Assembly (NCBI RefSeq): GCF_964204645.1
Contig: NC_134034.1
Span: 2,170,072 to 2,234,071 of the forward strand
Reading direction: 5' to 3'
Origin: Tubulanus polymorphus
Taxonomy: Eukaryota > Animalia > Nemertea
Length of the DNA stretch: 64,000 nt
Position 1 is the stretch's first letter. Each line of letters starts with the position of its first letter. Positions 55,301 to 64,000 of the stretch are shown here, piece by piece. Under the pieces are notes generated by a model. It was given only the letters and a program-made list of their open reading frames with translations. It ran no database searches and was not told the DNA's origin. A program made the translations under genes and the position numbers.

Positions 55301-58300
55301 TATGCGTACGTAATAAATGAATGATCCTTAATTATGGAATTATTGATTCACCTTTGTTTCCGGTTTTATCGTCGTTTGAATATTTGCGATGTGATATTAT
55401 TTTCAGTTTGCCGTCGTTTCCGCCATTGATCGCTACGAACAGCTGTTCGTTGAACGCATATTTCGTGTTGCATTTACAAAAACCGATTCCGATGTCCCTT
55501 GGTATCATACGCAAAATACAGACCGTCACCAGTAAGTTCCGCAGGTCTGAGGGCTAATGGGTTAAGACTGAGGATCCACCAGGTGTTGCCGGTTTTGAAA
55601 AGTCTTGCGTGCCGACTGAAGTTTTGATGTCTCGTTTTTTTTTTTCATTTTTTTCGTCGACAGACATCGAGTTTGGAGATGAGGCGTCCTGTACGTCGAT
55701 GTTGTCGTTGATCATCGACGGCTTGTCGCAGAAATTCACGAAGAAAGATCTGCTGAACATCAACCCGAAACGTGGATTCTACGTGGTAGGTTAACGTTAT
55801 TCATTATCGGGCGACATTAGACGTAGCCTCAATGGTTGGTCTCGATATTTAGTTCGTACGCGTACTTATGCTAGACTCATCAGCAGCCAAAAAACTGGCC
55901 CGGGCAGATTCAAAATGGCCGACTGGTGGCCGCTGTTGTTCGTTTAAAACTAGGACCAGCTAGTAATGACCTGTGTGAGGGGAACAAGAAACCTCAAAAC
56001 TGCTGATAATACCATGAGTGGCGCTCAGTGGGTTGAGGGGAACAAGAAACCTCAAACGTGCTGATAATACTCTGAGTGGCACTCAGTGGGTTGAGTGGAA
56101 CAAGATACCTCAAACCTGCTGACAATACCATGAGTGGCACTCAGTGGGTTGAGGGGAACAAGAAACCTAAAATCTGCTGATGATACTCCGAGTGGCACTC
56201 AGTGGGTTGAGTGGAACAAGATACCTAAAATCTGCTGATGATACTCTGAGTGGCACTCAGAGGGTTAAGGGGAACAATTCACCTCAAACCTGCTGATATT
56301 ACCCTGAGTGGCACTCAGTGGGTTGAGGGGAACAAGAAACATGGAACCTGCTGATAATGCCCTGAGTGGCACTCAGTGGGTTGAAGGGAACAAGAAACAT
56401 GGAACCTGCTGATATTACCCTGAGTGGCACTCAGTGGGTTGAAGGGAACAAGAAACATGGAACCTGCTGATAATGCCCATAACGAGGTTGAAGCTTTCAA
56501 ATTTTTTGTTTATTCCTATATTTCAGACTTTGCCCGATCAGCAGCATTGTTACTACATCAGCGACTCGGTCGAACCGGACGATATGATTGGTCAGATGAT
56601 TACGAAAGTGCCGTTTTCGCATCCGACCAGCGTTCCGCAACTTCTCGTGTTGCTACGGCAACAACTGCAGTTCAACACGCTCATCGGAAGCTGCGTTCGG
56701 CCTCACTCGAAAAAGGGTATGTATAATGGTGGATCTGATTGGCCCCTGAAAATTTGTCGGAATTAAAGGTGATATTTGATTTGCGTAGTGGATACAGTAG
56801 ACTCCGCTCAAGTCAGATCTTTTGACTTGAGAGTGATATCCGAGTTGGATGGTACAGTAGACTCCGCTCAAGCCAGATCTTTTGATTTGACAGTGATATC
56901 TGAGTTGGATGGTACAGTAGACTCCGCTCAAGCCAGATCTTTTGACTTGACAGTGATATCTGAGTTGGATGGTACAGTAGACTCCGCTCAAGCCAGATCT
57001 TTTGATTTGACAGTGATATCTGAGTTGGATGGTACAGGAGACTCCGCTCAAGCCAGATCTTTTGACTTGACAGTGATATCTGAGTTGGATGGTACAGTAG
57101 ACTCCGCTCAAGCCAGATCTTTTGACTTGACAGTGATATCTGAGTTGGATGGTACAGTAGACTCCGCTCAAGCCAGATCTTTTGATTTGACAGTGATATC
57201 TGAGTTGGATGGTACAGGAGACTCCGCTCAAGCCAGATCTTTTGACTTGACAGTGATATCTGAGTTGGATGGTACAGTAGACTCCGCTCAAGTCTGATCT
57301 TTTGACTTGACAGTTATAGCTGAGTTGGATGGTACAGTAGACTCCGCTCAAGTCAGATCTTTTGACTTGAGAGTGATATCTGAGTTGGATGGTACAGTAT
57401 ACTCCGCTCAAGTCGGATCTTAAGACTTGAGAGTGAAATCTGAGTTGGATGGTACAGTAGACTCCGCTCAAGTCAGATTTTTTGACTTGAGAGTGATATC
57501 TGAGTTGGATGGTACAGTAGACTCCGCTCAAGCCAGATCTTTTGACTTGACAGTGATATCTGAGTTGGATGGTACAGTAGACTCCGCTCAAGTCTGATCT
57601 TTTGACTTGACAGTTATAGCTGAGTTGGATGGTACAGTAGACTCCGCTCAAGTCAGATCTTTTGACTTGAGAGTGATATCTGAGTTGGATGGTACAGTAT
57701 ACTCCGCTCAAGTCGGATCTTAAGACTTGAGAGTGAAATCTGAGTTGGATGGTACAGTAGACTCCGCTCAAGCCAGATCTTTTGATTTGACAGTGATATC
57801 TGAGTTGGATGGTACAGGAGACTCCGCTCAAGCCAGATCTTTTGACTTGACAGTGATATCTGAGTTGGATGGTACAGTAGACTCCGCTCAAGTCTGATCT
57901 TTTGACTTGACAGTTATAGCTGAGTTGGATGGTACAGTAGACTCCGCTCAAGTCAGATCTTTTGACTTGAGAGTGATATCTGAGTTGGATGGTACAGTAG
58001 ACTCCGCTCAAGCCAGATCTTTTGACTTGACAGTGATATCTGAGTTGGATGGTACAGTAGACTCCGCTCAAGTCTGATCTTTTGACTTGACAGTGATAGC
58101 TGAGTTGGATGGTACAGTAGACTCCGCTCAAGTCAGATCTTTTGACTTGAGAGTGATATCTGAGTTGGATGGTACAGTAGACTCCGCTCAAGTCTGATCT
58201 TTTGACTTGACAGTGATAGCTGAGTTGGATGGTACAGTAGACTCCGCTCAAGTCAGATCTTTTGACTTGAGAGTGATATCTGAGTTAGATGGTACATTAG

Positions 58301-61300
58301 ACTCCGCTCAAGTCACAATCCAAATTTTGATCAAATCTAGATATTATTTATTTTTTCCACAGATGACGAGGGTTCGGTCGTGTTTGAAATTTCTCCAACC
58401 TCTCTGCAATTGATTACGATCAATTTCGAGCATCCGCTCAAAGACGCCATGGCAACAGGTAAGCCGTTCAATTCAAATTTCTTGAATGCGCTAATGGTCA
58501 GTTAGAATATCAATCATAGCCATGTGAAGGAACCATGTTAGAGGGGTGAAAATTAGAGTGGTCGTCACTCTTTGGTCACAGTTTTCTTATAGGAGCATAT
58601 GCATTGGGTGGGCTCCAAGAATATCCAACTCATGACATTCAGAAGCATCCCCAACATCAGGGGTCATTCATTTATTACGTACGCACTAGGGGAGGGGGAG
58701 GTGTAAGTGCATTTGCGTACTGTAATGCTTAATGTATATGAAAAAATGGCCGATTTTGCGTACAGAGGGGGAGGGGGGTTGAAAAATTCAAATTTTATGC
58801 GTACGTAATAAATGAATGACCCCTTATCCAATCCCTAACATTCAAAGATATATCCCTTGTTCTTGTGGGTGGCTACATGAATATCTGAATAATGGTTATT
58901 TCATCCTTTTCTGTCATGGGTGGCTCCTGGAGAAGGGTTTTTCGAAAAGATGGATAATTAAAGTAAGATTATTTTCCTGTTCGTTCCAGTTGAAATAGAT
59001 TTGAGCGATGTGACGAACGTTAAGTGTACGATGGAAGATCTTCAAACGGATGAATTCGCCGCCGGAGTCGGGTCTGACGACTATCTGTGTAAAGTTATTC
59101 AACGGTAAGCCGAGTTAATTCACAGACGTCGTGAAGTGTTTATAGATCAACAAACTAGCGGGCAATCTGGTGATGTCATAGGGCAATTCATAGAAGCGGC
59201 TATCTCATCCAAAACGATCGATAGATCTAATCGCTACACGTACTAGCGCGATTTGATGATGTCAAAGGGTGATTAATGAAGGAAGCCATCTTTTCTGGGA
59301 GGAAATCAGTAGTGGGTAGTTGATGATGTCATAGGTACGGGGTCATTCATTTATTACGTACGCATCAAGGGAGGGGGGAGGGGTCAGTGCAATTGCGTAC
59401 TGTAATGCTTAACGTATATGAAAAAATGGCCGATTTTGCGTACAGAGGGGGAGGGGGGTTGAAAAATTCAAATTTTATGCGCACGTAATAAATGAATGAT
59501 CCCTACCACGACTGATGATGTCATAGGGGAGATGTATGGAGTAAGACATGTTTTCTTGAAGTGTCAATAAAATCTCTAGTGGGCAATCCGATGATATCAT
59601 AGTGGGCTATATGGAGGCTACCGTATGTCGCTACGTTGATACGTTATTTATGAGGTATTTGTTGTATTTCAGTTGTATGTCGATACCGATCACGATGAGA
59701 GCGGTCGTCAGCAAACTGAAAACGCAAGTCAAAACGGAGAGCATCACGGCAGCGGCGGCCGCGCTACTTGAGTCGAAAGAGCTCGAAGAGGCCGTCAACG
59801 GGCAGAAATACGAGATCGTCGAGTCGTTACTGACCGCCACGCAGCACCTACCGACCATATCGGCGTCCGATGTCGTAGTGGGCGATGCCGACGACGCCGA
59901 CGAGCTGGTGTCGCCGTCTTTACCGAACGCGGCCGAGCAACAACAGCAGCAGCAGGCGGACGGCGCTGACGGATTCGATTACGAGATGTTCTACCGCGAC
60001 ATGGGTCCGCCGCCGAAAGACATCGTCGAGTCGATCGGCGCCGAGAAGGTCGCCAAAAATCCGATGCTGGCCAGCTTGCTCGATCAGAACAGCCCCGATA
60101 CGGAGACGTCGGCGTTGTTGCCGAGTTTGCTCGGTGGAGACGCCGCGGCCGCCGCTGTCGCCGCCAGCAACCTGCAACAATTGAAGCAGCGTAAACCGCG
60201 CAAACGGAAAGTTCCGTCGGACGCGCGCAGTCCCGGTAGCGCCAGCGGCAAGAGCCCGAAACGCAAATACTCCGAAGACGATTACAACATGAGTTTAGAT
60301 TTGGATTCGAATGACGCGTTCGACCTACCGCTCGTCTCGCAGCAGCAACAGCATCAGCATCAGATCATGCCTCCTCCCGCGCCGGCTGCAGCAGGCGGGA
60401 TGTCTAGCGGGCAGCAGCAGCAGCAGATAGCCGCATCGTTCGAAAGCATCTTGAGACAGGATTCAAAAAACGTGCATGGTGTCCAGCAGGGGGAGTTGGC
60501 GGGCCTGCTGAGCAATATCTATGAACCGCCATCGTCGAAGTCGCAGCAGCAGACCGACTCGGCGATCGTAAAAAAACCGACGCTCGCGAAAGACGACCTC
60601 GCGAATCCGGTGATCGGCGACGATTTCATCCAGCGCGGATTCCCGTCGACGTCGAGCCTGGACGAGCTGCTCGGCAGTTTGCCGGAGGCGTCCGCCATCA
60701 GCGCGACGGACACGGAAGTGTTCTTGAAGGAGGCGATTAAGTCGCAGGATTTTTTGAGCACCTACGGAACCGGCGTGTCGAATACCGGCAGCGGCAGCGC
60801 CACCGCGGCGACCGGCGGAAATGTGTCCGAATTGCAGCAACGATTGACGAAATCGGAGGCGCCTGAAATGGAATCCTCATCGCAAAGTTTGGGGTTTAGT
60901 CAACCGTCGACGGGTCAATCGTCGTCGACAACGGACGTCGGCGCGTCGTCGAAAAGTTTGACCGACGCGTTGATGACGTTCGAGTCGATTGTCGACTCGT
61001 TCGGCGGCGGTGAGCGTAGCGCCGTCGTCGCAACGGCGACACCTGGTGTCGGCGCGGCTGCGAAGGCGTTCGGGCGTTCGGAGAAATCTGAGCAGAAGAG
61101 CAGCGAGCGCCGCGAAAAGGGCAGCAGCAGCGGCGGCGGCGGCGGGGAGCGGCGCGATAAACCACCGCGCGATAAAGACAAAAAAGATCGCGATTATTCG
61201 AAAGACGATCGCAAAAAGTCGTCGTCCTCTTCAACGTCGAAATTCGCCGCGAAATCTTCGTCGTCGTCGTCGAAAAGCGACGATTCGGGAACGTCGTCGT

Positions 61301-64000
61301 CTGGTCGGTCATCCGAGTATCCGTCGAAACAGGCGAAAGAATTGTCCAAGTCGGAAAAGTTGGAGCAGATTCTGGAATACGGCTCGGACAAGTCGTCGTC
61401 GGAGAAATCGTCGTCGCAAATGTTCACGAGCACCAGCACCGGTAACGCATCGATCGTTATATCGACGAAGTCCGGGAGCGGTGGCGGCGGAGGGTCGTCT
61501 GCTAGCGGCGGCGGCGGCGCGCGGATCGGGACGTCGACCGCCGACGGTAAAGACCCGGGCAGCGGCGGATCGTCGTTGAAGATGTCGGTGAAAAAGGACA
61601 AGATCAAAAAGAAAGACTCGTCGACCTATTCGTCATCGTCATCGTCGAAAGACCCGGACGACAACGGCAAACGTAAGAAGGACAGCTCGTCGAAGAAGGA
61701 CCGGTCGTACAAGAAGCGACGCACGGGCAGCGGCGCGGACGGGTTGAAGTCATCGCCGGCGAAAAGTTCGTCGTCGTCTTCGTCGTATTCGGTGAAGTCC
61801 GATCATAAATCAGTGACCACCATCAAAATCACGACCAGCGGCGGAAAACTGCAAGTTCAGCCGGCCTCGTCGTCGAAGACTTCATCGTCGACGTCATCTT
61901 CTTCGCCGTCGAAGTCGTCATCGTCATCATCGGGGCTGGTTTCGAGTAAGACTTCGTCGTCGAGTTCGAAGTCGTCTTCATCAACGACGGAGAAAACCGT
62001 TTCTCCGCTACAGATGAAGATCAGTTCGTCTTCGAGTAATAAAACTTCGTCGATTTCCTCCTCATCGTCGGTTTCATCGTTGTCGTCGTCTCAAGGCGGC
62101 GGCAGTGGCGGTGGATCATCGTCGCTTTCCTCCTCCTCTTCAGCGTCGCAGCCGCAGCAGACGGCCGGCGCCGGCTCGAAGGTCACGAAGAAATACTCGA
62201 GTTCATCCGGCGTTGGCGGCACGACGGTCACCATGTCGAAGACCGACTCGAAATTGATGGCGAACAAAACGCCGACGATCAAATTGAAGCCGATCGTCAT
62301 GCCGTCTTCCGGAGGGGCTGCCGCGTCCAGTAATACGAACACCGCCGCCGCTGTGACCGCACCGCCTGCCGTCGCCGCCGCGTCGTTGAAACCCACCCAA
62401 ACATCTGCGTCGTCTGCCGTGACGTCATCTTCGGCGATCGTGCCGACGACGCCGCCTATAGTCCCGTCTGCACCCATCACGCCGACGGTTACGACACCGC
62501 CACTAGGGGGCGCCGCCGCTTCCGCCGCGGCGTCCAAGTCGCCGATTAAAGCTCGTAAGAGCTCGTTATCGGCGGTTATCGATAAACTGACGATGGCTAA
62601 AGGAGGATCGAGCGGAACAGGAGCCGCCACCGGTTCATCATCATCGTCTGCTCCTTCGAAATCGCCGTCTGCCGCAAAAACGACGCCGGAAATCACCGGA
62701 TCGACATCGATCGTCGGCGAAAAGAAAGATTCGCTGATGGGCCCGCCGCCCTCGAAAACCACCGCCGAACCTCCGGCGAAAATTCTCAAACGCGAATCGT
62801 CCCTCGAAGACAAGGTCAAGGACACCGCCGGTATTAGTAAGAGTACGTCCGACCCGATGAAAGATCGCGCGAAACCCGTAACTCAAATCGCGAAGAATTC
62901 TGCCGTTGCGCCCGGCCCTAGTGCGTCGAGTTCGCTGAGCCGAAAGTCGTCGGACTCGCATCGCGGGACACCGTCGTTAGGGCCGGAGAAAGTGGCCGCC
63001 AAATCGAGCATCGGGGGCGCCACTGTCGCAAGTTCGAAATTCGAAGCGAAGCGTTCGTCGGATTCGTCACCGGCGATGGCTTCGATTTTGAAAACGTCGT
63101 CGACTTCGAAACCGGCATCGGGGGCTGATCAAAAGGGGGCGCCGTCATCGGTATCGTCTGCTACCGGTAGTAGCGGTGGTGGCAGTAACGCGGGCGCCGA
63201 ACGGAAATTCGATTCTCCCGACAGATCGCAGATGCTGAAAATTCGACAGAACGCGAAAAGCAGCCCTGTGCGCGGGGACATTCCCGAGAAGGATCTGGTA
63301 ATAAATAAAACGAGCGCCGGGTCACACGATCTAGTCGCGACTGGTTGTGCCACCGCAGCCGCAGCGACAACACCCGCGTCCCCGGAAGAGAAGTCGGCCG
63401 CGTCGCCGGACTGTTTCAAACCGATGATGTTGATCGACGATAAGGAGATACGATCACCAGACGATGTCGACTCGATGCGAAACGAACGCGCTCCGATCAT
63501 CATCCCGACCGTGAAAATCATCGACGAGACATCCACCGCGCCGCGGCTGATACCGACGTCGCCGATCGCCGCACCATTGCCGTCTGCGGCTGCCAGCACC
63601 ACCGCAGCAGCGGCGGGGGCGCCACCGGTCGAGACCGGAGCGTTCCGCGTTCCGACACCGGTCGATCAGATCGCTGAGCAGCCGTACGCCAACAAAAAGG
63701 ACGCGATTATCGATTTGAGCATCGCGTCGTCCGCGTCGGAAAAACAGGTCAGTCCGCGCAATATCAGCAGTCCCGAGGATGACGACGGATTGGTGATCGA
63801 TTGCCCGATGACGCCCAGATCGGCTGCGGGCGCCGCCGTGACCGGCTCTGCGGTCGGCGACGTTTCGAAATCGCCCGCGCTCGCGACCTCGATTATACCG
63901 ACGACGCCCGCCGCGGCGGTGGAGATATCGGCACCGAATCCGGAATCGCCCGCCGAGCGAGCCAACGCGAGCGAGCCGGCGCGGAAACCGGGCACGTCCG
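49399..64000 (+). CDS. MED1: Mediator of RNA polymerase II transcription subunit 1 (3' end beyond window)
   Basis: Exons 49399-49468, ~50366-50475, 50976-51054, 51756-51937, 52585-52685, 52884-52955, 53587-53741, 54515-54629, 55407-55531, 55664-55785, 56527-56716, 58363-58458, 58990-59104, 59673->64000. Diagnostic CFISSDMFYVEI..VAHHGDHP, QRCMSIPITMRA, NPMLASLL, then Ser/Lys-rich IDR. Confidence 0.93.
50525..50633. mobile_element. Harbinger-like MITE family A copy
   Basis: Matches 29061-29168; CAG TSD. Confidence 0.72.
51257..51544. mobile_element. piggyBac-like MITE
   Basis: TTAA TSDs, TIR CCCTTTCAGTGC...GCACTGAAAGGG; second copy 52198-52482. Confidence 0.82.
52198..52482. mobile_element. 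piggyBac-like MITE, second copy
   Basis: TTAA TSDs; aligns over its length with 51257-51544. Confidence 0.82.
53044..53364. mobile_element. Putative hAT-like MITE
   Basis: TIR CATGGTTCCCGCAG...CTGTGGGAACCATG with internal GGGAA repeats; no clean TSD. Confidence 0.5.
53789..54396. repeat. 109-bp tandem repeat (~5.5 units)
   Basis: Unit TCTGGTGTTTGTAGTTCATTTTCAATTAGAAATGTCTCAGGTGAAGCACTGAACACATGTGAAGTGTGGACGATCAG...; reverse monomers near 25425-25500 and 31655-31795. Confidence 0.92.
55164..55327. mobile_element. PIF/Harbinger-like MITE family C
   Basis: TIR GGGGTCATTCATTTATTACGT...ACGTAATAAATGAATGA(T/C)CC; flanks TAA/TTA; copies at 58660-58823 and 59339-59503. Confidence 0.78.
55975..56478. 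repeat. 58-bp tandem repeat (~8.5 units)
   Basis: Unit GAGTGGCACTCAGTGGGTTGAGGGGAACAAGAAACCTCAAACCTGCTGATAATACCCT. Confidence 0.9.
56788..58314. repeat. 60-bp minisatellite (~25 units) in a MED1 intron
   Basis: Unit TTTGACTTGACAGTGATATCTGAGTTGGATGGTACAGTAGACTCCGCTCAAGCCAGATCT. Confidence 0.97.
58660..58823. mobile_element. Harbinger-like MITE family C copy
   Basis: Matches 55164-55327. Confidence 0.78.
59339..59503. mobile_element. Harbinger-like MITE family C copy
   Basis: Matches 55164-55327. Confidence 0.78.

Noticed and set aside
56653-58251. 532-aa repetitive ORF (and the + strand 173-aa ORF)
   Set aside because: By-product of a stop-free 60-bp repeat unit inside a MED1 intron
41585-58314. 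CRISPR-like arrays (77-, 109-, 58-, 60-bp repeats)
   Set aside because: Head-to-tail units with no unique spacers, no cas genes, eukaryotic context
59631-63995. Many minus-strand and off-frame ORFs
   Set aside because: Shadows of the GC-rich, low-complexity MED1 exon

Overview
This is genomic DNA from an invertebrate animal: spliceosomal GT-AG introns, MITEs, SINE and satellites. A bilaterian, possibly a lophotrochozoan, is inferred from gene content. 1-~8680 is the end of a very AT-rich (~20-25% GC by spot count) endogenous Polinton/Maverick-like virus. All its genes lie on the minus strand: a disrupted protein-primed DNA polymerase B, a penton-like minor capsid protein and several small membrane proteins. 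Every non-polymerase ORF starts within the motif ATAAATG (the poxvirus late-promoter core TAAATG), and the element is bounded by a 182-bp palindrome. Host genes follow in order: two tandem 3-exon GRL101-like receptors (CUB-CTL-LDLa-LRR-7TM, ~1,900 aa each), an LRR-Ig single-pass protein, an 11-exon cyclic-nucleotide-binding-domain gene (minus), an 11-exon alkaline phosphatase with an intronic tRNA-Gln, an intronless rhodopsin-class GPCR, an F-type lectin-PAN gene and MED1 (runs off the window). Non-coding highlights are a TSD-flanked palindrome carrying Penelope-type hammerhead ribozymes on both strands, several MITE families, a tRNA-SINE and several tandem-repeat families. All family calls are from motif recognition by eye; no database searches were run.
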